From Geobacter metallireducens GS-15 (GTDB lineage: Bacteria > Desulfobacterota > Desulfuromonadia > Geobacterales > Geobacteraceae): a DNA stretch of 32,000 bases. Each line of letters starts with the position of its first letter. The first letter of the stretch is position 1. The position numbers were made by a program, and so were the translations under genes. Of the stretch, positions 9,547 to 17,491 are shown piece after piece. The stretch is from NCBI RefSeq assembly GCF_000012925.1, contig NC_007517.1, positions 300,001 through 332,000 of the forward strand, given 5' to 3'. Under the pieces are notes generated by a model. That model worked only from the letters and a program-made list of their open reading frames with translations, did no database searches and was not told where the DNA came from.

Positions 9547-9872
9547 CGTTCATGGCATTGGCCGATACAGAAAAACATGATCTGAGGGTTATTGTGGAAG
9601 GCTTCTGGGGAAAGCATGAGACTGCCAGTTGGGAAATGAACGAAGAGCTTGTTGCCGTACTACCAAAGATGATTTCGGAAGTTAAAAGCTGTTCGCAAGC
9701 CATGGACTTCGTTCCTCGTCCGGGCGTTTACCTCAACCCCAAAGATGTTCAGCGTGAATTACGCAAGATGGCACGGAGAGTCAAAGAGAAGGGGACTTCC
9801 TACTGGGTGTGCATGCTCATGGGTGCAACCAACTGGAAGACTGAAGCTGCCAGGGTTGCTCAAGGTCTTTGA
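9543..9872 (+). CDS. Hypothetical 109-aa cytoplasmic protein
   Basis: Its ATG overlaps the upstream stop (ATGA at 9543-9546). It has no signal peptide and no recognisable motif, and shares the lower-GC composition of the upstream gene. Confidence 0.5.
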   Translation: MTFMALADTEKHDLRVIVEGFWGKHETASWEMNEELVAVLPKMISEVKSCSQAMDFVPRPGVYLNPKDVQRELRKMARRVKEKGTSYWVCMLMGATNWKTEAARVAQGL

Positions 9873-9956
9873 TGGATTTTCATAACCCTTACGCTGATTG
9901 CGTCCTCCACGGAGGGAGAAACAGTCACCGTTACGATCGTACGAAAGGAGAAGGAC

Positions 9957-10445
9957 ATGTCGAAAGAAGCATCCGTAGCACCGAAGGAACGGGTCAATAT
10001 CGTCTACCGTCCGGCCTCGGACGGCGCTGCCGAAGAGGTTGAGCTGCCGCTGAAAATGCTCGTTATGGGGGACTTTACCGGCACCCCCGACGAACGCCCC
10101 GTCGAGAAGCGGGACCCCGTCGCCATCGACAAGGAGACCTTCAACGACGTCATGAAGGCCCAGGGGATCTCCCTGAACATCGCCGTCCCCAACCGGCTCG
10201 CCGGCGAGGCCGGGGACGAGCTGCCGGTGAACCTGAAGGTTGAGTCACTCAAGGACTTCGGCCCCGAGGCGGTGGTGGAGCAGGTCCCCGAGATGAAGCG
10301 GCTCCTGGAGCTGCGGGAGGCCCTGCGGGCCCTCAAGGGGCCGCTTTCCAACGTTCCCGACTTCCGGAGGAAGATCCAGGAACTGATCACCGACGACGCG
10401 GCCCGGGCCAAGCTTCTGGCTGAAATCGGCATCGAGGAAGGGTAA
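9957..10445 (+). CDS. tssB: T6SS contractile sheath small subunit TssB (VipA/ImpB)
   Basis: AAGGAG precedes the start. 'APKERVNIVYRPASDGAAEEVELPLKMLVMGDFTG' is the canonical TssB N-terminus. 162 aa, immediately upstream of tssC. Confidence 0.93.
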   Translation: MSKEASVAPKERVNIVYRPASDGAAEEVELPLKMLVMGDFTGTPDERPVEKRDPVAIDKETFNDVMKAQGISLNIAVPNRLAGEAGDELPVNLKVESLKDFGPEAVVEQVPEMKRLLELREALRALKGPLSNVPDFRRKIQELITDDAARAKLLAEIGIEEG

Positions 10446-10457
10446 GGAGGAGCAACC

Positions 10458-11936
10458 ATGAGCGTAGAACAGCAAAACACCGCAGCAGTCGAGAGCCGGA
10501 TAGAAGGATCGCTTCTGGAGGAGATTGTCCAGGCCACGAAGCTCCAGCCCGCCGACGAGGCCTACTCCATCACCAAGAAGGGGGTCGAGGCCCTTATCAC
10601 CCAACTTCTGGAGCCGGGGACCGAGACCCCGAAGGTCTCCAAGGCGGTCCTCGACGACATGATCGCCGAGATCGACAAGAAGCTTTCCCGGCAGATGGAC
10701 GAGATCCTCCACAATACCCAGTTCCAGAAGCTGGAATCCTCCTGGCGTTCCCTCCACTTCCTGGTGGACCGGACCGACTTCCGGGAGAACAACCGGATCG
10801 AGATCATGAACGCCACCAAGGATGAGCTCCTGGACGACTTCGAGGATGCTCCCGAGGTGGCCAAGTCGGGGCTCTACAAGACCGTCTATTCCGCCGAGTA
10901 CGGCCAGTTCGGCGGCAAACCCTACGGCGCCATTATCGGCAACTACGACTTCGGCCCCGGCCCCCAGGACATCAAGCTTCTCCAGAGCCTGGCCGCCGTG
11001 TCCGGCATGGCCCACGCCCCCTTCATCGCCGCCGCTTCCCCCCAGTTCTTCGGCTGCGACGACTACACGGCGCTGCCGAACCTCAAAGACATCAAGTCGA
11101 TCCTCGAAGGCCCCCAGTACGCCAAGTGGCAGTCGTTCCGGGAGAGCGAGGACGCCCGCTACGTGGGGCTGGCCCTGCCCCGGTTCCTCCTGCGGCTCCC
11201 CTACGGCGAGGCCACCAAGCCGGTGAAGAGCTTCAACTACGAGGAGAGCGTCTCCGCCGGCCACGACCGCTACTGCTGGGGGAACGCCGCCTTCTCCTTT
11301 GCCACGCGGCTTACCGAGAGCTTCGCCAACTTCCGCTGGTGCGCCAACATCATCGGCCCCCAGGGAGGCGGCGCGGTGCATGATCTACCCCTCCACCAGT
11401 ACGAGGCCATGGGGGCCATCCAGACCAAGATTCCCACGGAAGTGCTCGTCAGCGAGCGGCGCGAATTCGAACTGGCCGAGGAAGGGTTCATCGCCCTCAC
11501 CATGAGAAAGGGGAGCGACAACGCCGCCTTCTTCTCCGCCAACTCCGTGCAGAAGCCGAAATACTTCGGCACCAGCAAGGAGGGGAAAGAGGCCGAGCTC
11601 AACTACAAGCTGGGGCTCCAGCTCCCCTACATGTTCATCGTGAGCCGCCTCGCCCACTACCTGAAAGTCATCCAGCGGGAGCACATCGGCACCTGGAAGG
11701 AGCGGGGCGACCTGGAAAACGAGCTGAACCTCTGGATCCGCCAGTATGTCTCCGAGATGGACAACCCCATGCCCGGCGTGCGGAGCAGAAGGCCCCTGCG
11801 CCAGGCCCAGGTCACCGTAGAGGAAGTCCCCGGCGAGCCCGGCTGGTACCGGGTCGGCCTTAAGGTTACCCCCCACTTCAAGTACATGGGGGCTTATTTT
11901 ACCCTCTCTTTGGTTGGAAAGCTGGATAAAGAATAA
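10458..11936 (+). CDS. tssC: T6SS contractile sheath large subunit TssC (VipB/ImpC)
   Basis: 492 aa. Segments such as 'FQKLESSWRSLHFLV', 'YGQFGGKPYGAIIGNYDF' and 'LALPRFLLRLPYG' are typical of TssC. Confidence 0.93.
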   Translation: MSVEQQNTAAVESRIEGSLLEEIVQATKLQPADEAYSITKKGVEALITQLLEPGTETPKVSKAVLDDMIAEIDKKLSRQMDEILHNTQFQKLESSWRSLHFLVDRTDFRENNRIEIMNATKDELLDDFEDAPEVAKSGLYKTVYSAEYGQFGGKPYGAIIGNYDFGPGPQDIKLLQSLAAVSGMAHAPFIAAASPQFFGCDDYTALPNLKDIKSILEGPQYAKWQSFRESEDARYVGLALPRFLLRLPYGEATKPVKSFNYEESVSAGHDRYCWGNAAFSFATRLTESFANFRWCANIIGPQGGGAVHDLPLHQYEAMGAIQTKIPTEVLVSERREFELAEEGFIALTMRKGSDNAAFFSANSVQKPKYFGTSKEGKEAELNYKLGLQLPYMFIVSRLAHYLKVIQREHIGTWKERGDLENELNLWIRQYVSEMDNPMPGVRSRRPLRQAQVTVEEVPGEPGWYRVGLKVTPHFKYMGAYFTLSLVGKLDKE

Positions 11937-12032
11937 GCTCGTACAGTCGTGAGCGATGAATTCACGGTTTATGTGTTTGCAATACGGCCCATCCCTGGCC
12001 GCGTATCCCACACCACAAGGAGGAAGTAATCA

Positions 12033-12518
12033 ATGGCAATGCCCGCACACCTCACCCTCACCGGTGAAAAACAGGGGAAGATTGACGGTTCCTGTGAACT
12101 GCAGGGACGTGAAAAAACCATCCTCGTCTACTCCATGAATCACGACATCCACATGCCGAAGGATCCCCACTCGGGGCTTCCCACCGGCAAGCGGGTTCAC
12201 GGCCCCCTGAGCATCGTAAAGGAGTTCGACGCCAGCTCCCCCAAGATGTACCAGGCCCTCTGCACTGGTGAGCACCTAAAGGACGTCACCCTCAAGTTCT
12301 ACCGCATCACCAAGCAGGGGACCGAGGAGCACTACTACACCATCAAGCTCGAAGACGCCATCGTGGTCAGCATGAAGCCCTACATGCCGGTAACACTCCT
12401 GGAGGAGAACAATCCCTACCGCCACATGGAAGAAGTGGCCTTCACCTACCGCAAGATCAAGTGGACCTGGGAGCCCAACGGCATCGAAGCCGAGGATTCC
12501 TGGAGCGTGCCCAAGTAG
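12033..12518 (+). CDS. hcp: T6SS inner tube protein Hcp (TssD)
   Basis: 161 aa. 'GEKQGKIDGSCELQGREKTILVYSMNHDIHMPKDPHSGLPTGKRVHGPLSIVKEFDASSPKMYQAL' is a classic Hcp1-family sequence. Confidence 0.93.
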   Translation: MAMPAHLTLTGEKQGKIDGSCELQGREKTILVYSMNHDIHMPKDPHSGLPTGKRVHGPLSIVKEFDASSPKMYQALCTGEHLKDVTLKFYRITKQGTEEHYYTIKLEDAIVVSMKPYMPVTLLEENNPYRHMEEVAFTYRKIKWTWEPNGIEAEDSWSVPK

Positions 12519-12532
12519 TTAGTTGTCCGATG

Positions 12533-12564
12533 TTCCTCCCTCCCCGCTGGCGGGGAGGGAGGGA
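12533..12564 (+). terminator. Strong GC-rich hairpin directly after hcp (terminator-like or attenuator; no clear U-tract)
   Basis: 'ttcctccctccccgc tg gcggggagggaggga' gives a ~13-14 bp near-perfect stem starting 15 nt after the hcp stop. The following sequence, 'ttccacagc', is not T-rich. Confidence 0.45.
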
Positions 12565-12657
12565 TTCCACAGCTCCTTAATCATATGAGTCTCTTGTTGC
12601 TCTTGTCTGAATTGAGCGAATCCTACTTTAGACTGATAATCCTTGAAAGGAAGGAAC

Positions 12658-13446
12658 ATGCCAGTCGCACAGTACGCGATCGGACCACCAACTCGGCCGA
12701 AAAACATTCGACACGATAACGGATTTCTTGATTCTTTCGCTCGGCGGAAGCCGACGGCAAAGGATTATGAGGAGTATGCCCGCTGGATTTCCCGGCTGGA
12801 GGGTGTTGAGGCGATTCAGGGTGTCCCGTTCGTGCCCCACAACAACCTTCCCGACGCCCTCGCCGCGTACCGACATTTCTTGCGAGGGAATGGAAAAGAT
12901 CATCTGTTTTCGTATGAGCGTTTCGTCTCGAGTGATCCGAGCGGTGCGGTGATCCTTTCAAGTGCTGTTCTGGATGCACGGCAGGGAGCCGAACTTCTCT
13001 ATGGCGAGTACTTTAAGGGACAAAGTCCTGTGCTTTTTCAGATGAGCGGCAGTGCAATCCCTGTCGGAAGCATCCGCTATCCGTCATTTCCTTATCCCAA
13101 GACAGAAAACTGGCAAAAAGCCATAGGAGCCCACGTCATCTGGCTAAGTGCGGATGTGGATGTGGAAATCGCAAATGGCGTGCATTCCTTCGTCATGCAG
13201 ATGACCCTCCATGCCGAAGACCGCTACAATTTCAATCCCGGCGCCGCAGACATAGCGAGCGGAATCCCGGACTCGGCGAATGGAATCTTTGAGGTCACCG
13301 GCCTGGCACACCAGTATATGAATACCTCGACGATCAACCGCAGGGTTGAGTGGGTCGGGCTCGGTTCCCCCCAAGGTATCAGTCCAAAACGTCGAAGCAC
13401 GGACTTCACGAGAGAGAAAGCCTGCGGACAATCGGCGCATTCGTAA
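12658..13446 (+). CDS. Hypothetical 262-aa protein; candidate Hcp-linked T6SS effector
   Basis: GAAAGGAAGG lies upstream of the ATG at 12658. There is no signal peptide. It sits directly downstream of hcp and is followed by a signal-peptide protein. I recognise no catalytic motif. Confidence 0.55.
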   Translation: MPVAQYAIGPPTRPKNIRHDNGFLDSFARRKPTAKDYEEYARWISRLEGVEAIQGVPFVPHNNLPDALAAYRHFLRGNGKDHLFSYERFVSSDPSGAVILSSAVLDARQGAELLYGEYFKGQSPVLFQMSGSAIPVGSIRYPSFPYPKTENWQKAIGAHVIWLSADVDVEIANGVHSFVMQMTLHAEDRYNFNPGAADIASGIPDSANGIFEVTGLAHQYMNTSTINRRVEWVGLGSPQGISPKRRSTDFTREKACGQSAHS

Positions 13447-13474
13447 CAGACTGTGACACCGTAGAGGAAACTGC

Positions 13475-13954
13475 ATGAGTGTTAGAGGATTTGTACATTG
13501 TTGTGTGGCCTTGGCGGTGTTGATCGCCGGGCTTGCCTGCGTCAGCTGCACTGAGGGCCAAGTGCCCAGGAGGAGTGCTGCCATGAGGACTGATGTTGCC
13601 GGGCTATCGAAATTGATAGCTCTTCCGTTCCCGCCGAAAGCCGCTTGGTGGAGGATTGTCGAGAGAGAAGGCTCCGGGGCGATGGGACCAGCGGACTGGG
13701 AACTCATGGCAGTCGTGCAGTTTTCATCTCAGGATGTCGAGGCGATAATCAGCAAGTCCGAGAATCAGCGTTCGGACCCTCCGGAGAATATGGCCGCCGG
13801 GTCCCCGGCGATGAGTGAAATTCTGCGCGATCATGGACCCGTCGGAGAGCGACTCTATGGCGCGGACCCCTTTGTAAAATCGCCGCTTCTGGAAGGCTTC
13901 TTTGCTCGGGTAAAGGGGGCGAACAAGTTGCTCATTTACCTGTCGACCTGCTGA
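13475..13954 (+). CDS. Exported 159-aa protein; candidate cognate immunity protein
   Basis: GAGGAAA precedes the ATG. The N-terminus 'MSVRGFVHCCVALAVLIAGLACVSC' looks like a signal or lipoprotein signal. The gene is small and lies immediately after the candidate effector. Confidence 0.5.
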   Translation: MSVRGFVHCCVALAVLIAGLACVSCTEGQVPRRSAAMRTDVAGLSKLIALPFPPKAAWWRIVEREGSGAMGPADWELMAVVQFSSQDVEAIISKSENQRSDPPENMAAGSPAMSEILRDHGPVGERLYGADPFVKSPLLEGFFARVKGANKLLIYLSTC

Positions 13955-13986
13955 TTCAATCAGGTTTGCATCCATTGCTCATGAAG

Positions 13987-15339
13987 CCTTAACAGGCCGT
14001 TGAAAAACTCCTTCATTTCCAGGGCAATCCCCTTCAAGGAGATCATTTTAGGCCGATAGTTGCATTGATCTCGCCCTATTCGTTCTTTGAAACTTTGCTT
14101 TTTACCTTGATTTGGCCTTTTCGGGCGGGCTTTGCCACCAAGAGTCGCATTATTCCCCTGATTATGCCGTTTTCGTCCCGAGATTGCGCAGCCGGACCAG
14201 ATTGTATGCCGCAATGGCCATGGTGAAGTACCAGTCGACTTTCGCTATTCCCCGATGCCGGGTCTTGCGGAGATTGCCGACAGTCTTGAGCCAGCCGAAG
14301 GCCTCTTCGATCCGCTTGCGAATCCTCAGGCTGGTTTTGTAGCCTTCGTGGCGGGTAGTCCTGCCATCGATGGCTGAGCGGCGGTTAGCGGTGTTCTGAG
14401 CAATGTGAGGGGTTACCTTGAGTGCTCGCAGATCTTTGACGCACTCTTTGGTGTCGTAGCCCTTGTCGCCGCCCATGGTGATCCGCTTGTTACCGGCGAC
14501 GTCTGCGATCATCTCGACTGCGGTATCCCGCTCAGCGGTACCGGTTGCGTGGGTGATTCTGGCATCGACGATGATCCCGTTGCGGTTCTCCATGAGAGCG
14601 TGCCCGTGGTAACTGAGCTTCGCCTCTTTGCCCGAGCTTCTCCTGGCAATCCGCGCATCCGGATCGGTGGTGGAGGCATGGGTGTCGTTTTTGAGCTTTT
14701 CGCCGTGGAAATCACGCTCCGTGTTACGACCCACTGGAGGCTTTGGTCCATCCTTGGGCCGAAAGCTCTTGATAGAAGCCCACGCCTCGATGAGGGTGCC
14801 GTCAACGCTGAAGTGCTCGTCGGACAACAGCTTTGCCCTTCGGGCCTGCTCAACTACTTTTGCCAAGAGCAGCCGTGCCACGTCGGTATCGATCAACCGC
14901 TCCAGGTTGGTGGAAAACGAGGAGTGGTCCCAGACCTTCTCGTCCAGGGCCAATCCCACAAACCAGCGGAACAGGATGCTGTAGCTGATCTGCTCCACCA
15001 GCAGACGGTTACTCCTGATGGTGTACAGCGCCTGAAGCAGAAGTGCTTTAAGCAACTGCTCAGGAGGAATCGAGGGCCGGCCGGTGTGGGAGTACATGGC
15101 CTCGAATTGCGGGCTGAGCTCTGCAAGGGCCTTATCCACCATCGCCCTGATCGACCGCAAGGGGTGGTCCTTCGGGACGTACGACTCAGGGGAGAGATAA
15201 CAGAACAGAGCTTCGGTTTTTGTCTCGGCGCCGCGCATAACTTTTCTCCTGTAAATTCAGATTGTTACGCGTAAAAATATAGCACAGTTCGCTAACTTAT
15301 TGAATCAAAAAGGTTTAGTTTTTCAACAACCTGTTAAAG
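13987..15339 (-). mobile_element. IS5-family insertion sequence, about 1.35 kb
   Basis: The terminal inverted repeats match at 20 of 23 positions. The left repeat is 'ccttaacaggccgttgaaaaact' (13987-14009). The right repeat is 'agtttttcaacaacctgttaaag' (15317-15339). They enclose a single transposase ORF. The TTAA at 13989-13992 and 15334-15337 could instead be a 4-bp target duplication; TTAA is palindromic, so the two readings cannot be separated here. Confidence 0.8.
14162..15238 (-). CDS. IS5-family DDE transposase
   Basis: 358 aa. The N-terminus 'LFCYLSPESYVPKDHPLRSIRAMVD...GRPSIPPEQLLKALLLQALYTIRSNRLLVEQISYSILFRWFVGL' matches the InsH-type N-terminal domain. The C-terminus contains 'GDKGYD' and 'IEEAFGWLKTVGNLRKTRHRGIAKV', typical of DDE_Tnp_1/IS5 transposases. 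Confidence 0.9.
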   Translation of the reverse strand: MRGAETKTEALFCYLSPESYVPKDHPLRSIRAMVDKALAELSPQFEAMYSHTGRPSIPPEQLLKALLLQALYTIRSNRLLVEQISYSILFRWFVGLALDEKVWDHSSFSTNLERLIDTDVARLLLAKVVEQARRAKLLSDEHFSVDGTLIEAWASIKSFRPKDGPKPPVGRNTERDFHGEKLKNDTHASTTDPDARIARRSSGKEAKLSYHGHALMENRNGIIVDARITHATGTAERDTAVEMIADVAGNKRITMGGDKGYDTKECVKDLRALKVTPHIAQNTANRRSAIDGRTTRHEGYKTSLRIRKRIEEAFGWLKTVGNLRKTRHRGIAKVDWYFTMAIAAYNLVRLRNLGTKTA

Positions 15340-15399
15340 GGTCAGACCTACACATTTGACAATTACATAAGACTGTCAAATGTGTAAGTCTGTGACCCC
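15339..15399. repeat. Roughly 60-bp palindromic element abutting the right end of the IS
   Basis: 'gggtcagacctacacatttgaca' (15339-15361) faces 'tgtcaaatgtgtaagtctgtgacccc' (15374-15399). A 13-bp perfect core (tacacatttgaca / tgtcaaatgtgta) is extended by a bulged GC-rich outer stem. The loop is 12 nt. Confidence 0.7.
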
Positions 15400-15610
15400 A
15401 ATATTACCTTTCGTCGAGAAAATAGAAAGAATTAGCGTTAAAAGTCGGAGTAGTTAGGGGCATTGCCAGGCATGAGACAAGAAATAAGACAAGGTCAGAA
15501 CCCTTTGGTTTAAATAAATCGATCAATTCAATGCTTGGAGACGGGTAGGGTGGTCCAAGAGTTTAACCTGTATGAGTAATAGCCGGAATACGCGATACTC
15601 TGGGGGTCAC

Positions 15611-16501
15611 ATGAGATTTATAGGCAATCTAATAACGGTTATCAGTGTTTTATTTTTGGCAACAACGTCTTTTGGCGCTGACATCAGCGAATCGGACGTG
15701 AAAATATTCCTGAACGACTGGCTGGCCGCTCAGAACAAAGGTTCATATCCTGACTATGCCGCTCTCTATTCAGAGAGTTTTGTAGGCATTAAGCGATCAG
15801 GGAAAAGTATGCGCAAGTTTGACCATGATTCCTGGCTTAAAGATAGAAAAACGATGTTCAAGAAAAAAATGTTGGTTGCAGCAAATTCCCCGGAAATCAC
15901 GATTTCCGGAACGACAGCATTGGTAAAGTTTGAGCAGACGTGGGAATCAGGCACTTATAAAGACAAAGGCTATAAAGTGCTTGATTTGTCATTGGAGGAC
16001 GAAAAGCTAAAAATAGTTCGGGAAGAGATGCTGTTTTCAATAGTAGATACTAAATTTTCAAGTGCGTTCACTAGGTTTAATAAAGATTGTAAGAATAAAT
16101 TTAGCGACATTGAAGAGGGTCAAGACATGCCAATTATATGTAATGGTCCTTATAAATACAAAATAGAGATTAACTATAGCGCCTGTTGTGAGTATGTCCA
16201 GGTTTCAGATAATAAAAATTTTGTTTTGGATTTACCGGCTCAAATTATTTCTACTGTCACAAATAGAGTGTTGGAGTGGAGATTGGCAAACGGGAAACCG
16301 TTTGCAGTTATATTGAAATTGGATAAATACAAGGGAGACCTAGCGCTTGATGCAAAAAAAGTCAAAGAAGTATTGTTGATTAAAGGGCTTAAAAAATTCG
16401 AAGACATTAATTACGAGGTTGACATAAAGGGGCAATCAAATCCCAACCTAGAAGCTAGGAGTTTAGCAGATCAGAGTTACATGCGATTGTTACAAAAATA
16501 G
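15611..16501 (+). CDS. Secreted protein with an NTF2/SnoaL-like N-terminal domain; candidate immunity protein
   Basis: AT-rich gene. The signal peptide 'MRFIGNLITVISVLFLATTSFGA' begins at the ATG at 15611; an alternative ATG lies at 15572. 'IFLNDWLAAQNKGSYPDYAALYSESF...TALVKFEQTWESG' resembles the NTF2-like/DUF4440 fold pattern, judged by eye. Confidence 0.5.
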   Translation: MRFIGNLITVISVLFLATTSFGADISESDVKIFLNDWLAAQNKGSYPDYAALYSESFVGIKRSGKSMRKFDHDSWLKDRKTMFKKKMLVAANSPEITISGTTALVKFEQTWESGTYKDKGYKVLDLSLEDEKLKIVREEMLFSIVDTKFSSAFTRFNKDCKNKFSDIEEGQDMPIICNGPYKYKIEINYSACCEYVQVSDNKNFVLDLPAQIISTVTNRVLEWRLANGKPFAVILKLDKYKGDLALDAKKVKEVLLIKGLKKFEDINYEVDIKGQSNPNLEARSLADQSYMRLLQK

Positions 16502-16523
16502 CAGAAGGCTTGGGAGAATAATC

Positions 16524-17402
16524 ATGTATAGAGAAAAATCCAAGTATTCCAAGCTTGAAGGCCCTCTTTCTAATGTCAACTTAAATCTAACCAGCGCAAG
16601 AAATCAAATTTTATTTAGTATACTCGGTAAACCAAGAATTGATGGGATGTACGGAGAGAAAGATGGGCCGCTAAACAACCCTCAATTAGAAAAATTAATG
16701 GTGAGAGGCGTTGACGTCGGGCCATTCAAGGTCAATGGACTTGGTCTTGCGGTTGAAAGCCTAAAAACTGTAATGGCTGATATTAGTAAACAACACAAAG
16801 ACATTTATGACAGATTGAGCCAAGAAGGAATGCTTGTTGTACGCTACCAAAGGCCGACGGCAAAAAAACCAATTGGTTGTCCGAATAGGCCTATAAGCAA
16901 CCACTCATGGGGCACAGCAATAGACCTTAAGATTGATGGTTTGCTTGATGGTCGAGGTGATAATAAAAGTCAGCATGCGTTGAATGTAATAGCTCCGATT
17001 TTCAATAAGTACAAATGGTACTGGGGTGGAACATTTCCGACAGAAGACTCCATGCACTTCGAAGTCAGCAAAGAAAAGCTCCTCGAATGGCACAATGCCG
17101 GCTTGTTAGGACCGATTTCAAAACGCCTGCCAGAGGCCAAAATCCCCGAGACAACAAGGCCAGCAAGCACAAGCTCTTCTTCACGCCATCGTTCGATGTT
17201 TGATTGGTTGCAGAAGGGCGACAGGGGGCCAAAAGTAGTTCAACTGCAGAAAGCCTTAAAGTCCCGTGGCTACAACCTCAAATCCGACGGAGTTTTCGGG
17301 AAGAAAACAGAAACAGCTCTTCAGGACTTTCAACGCAAACAAGGGCTCCCCGACAATGGTATTGTCGGCCCCAAAGCAGCTGCCTATCTGTTGTTTTTCT
17401 GA
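16524..17402 (+). CDS. LAS-type zinc peptidase (M15 family) fused to a C-terminal PG_binding_1 domain; candidate T6SS cell-wall effector
   Basis: GGGAGA RBS. The zinc ligand motifs are 'SNHSWGTAIDL' (His127/Asp134) and 'WYWGG...EDSMHFE' (His178). The C-terminus, 'GDRGPKVVQLQKALKSRGYNLKSDGVFGKKTETALQDFQRKQGLPDNGIVGPKAAAYL', is a typical peptidoglycan-binding repeat. There is no signal peptide, and the gene lies immediately upstream of vgrG. Confidence 0.75.
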   Translation: MYREKSKYSKLEGPLSNVNLNLTSARNQILFSILGKPRIDGMYGEKDGPLNNPQLEKLMVRGVDVGPFKVNGLGLAVESLKTVMADISKQHKDIYDRLSQEGMLVVRYQRPTAKKPIGCPNRPISNHSWGTAIDLKIDGLLDGRGDNKSQHALNVIAPIFNKYKWYWGGTFPTEDSMHFEVSKEKLLEWHNAGLLGPISKRLPEAKIPETTRPASTSSSSRHRSMFDWLQKGDRGPKVVQLQKALKSRGYNLKSDGVFGKKTETALQDFQRKQGLPDNGIVGPKAAAYLLFF

Positions 17403-17491
17403 AATCATGTCACATATTGACAAATATTCACTTCATTTAGACGTTCAGTGCTTGTTCTGGCGTTTTCATAATCAATCGGAGGCGCTCACTG

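Noticed and set aside
13960-14214. An 84-aa minus-strand ORF at the left end of the IS, and a 289-aa plus-strand ORF (14405-15274) antisense to the transposase.
   Set aside because: The first lies in the IS 3' untranslated end, crosses the left inverted repeat, and has basic low-complexity composition. The second is a shadow of the intact DDE transposase frame.
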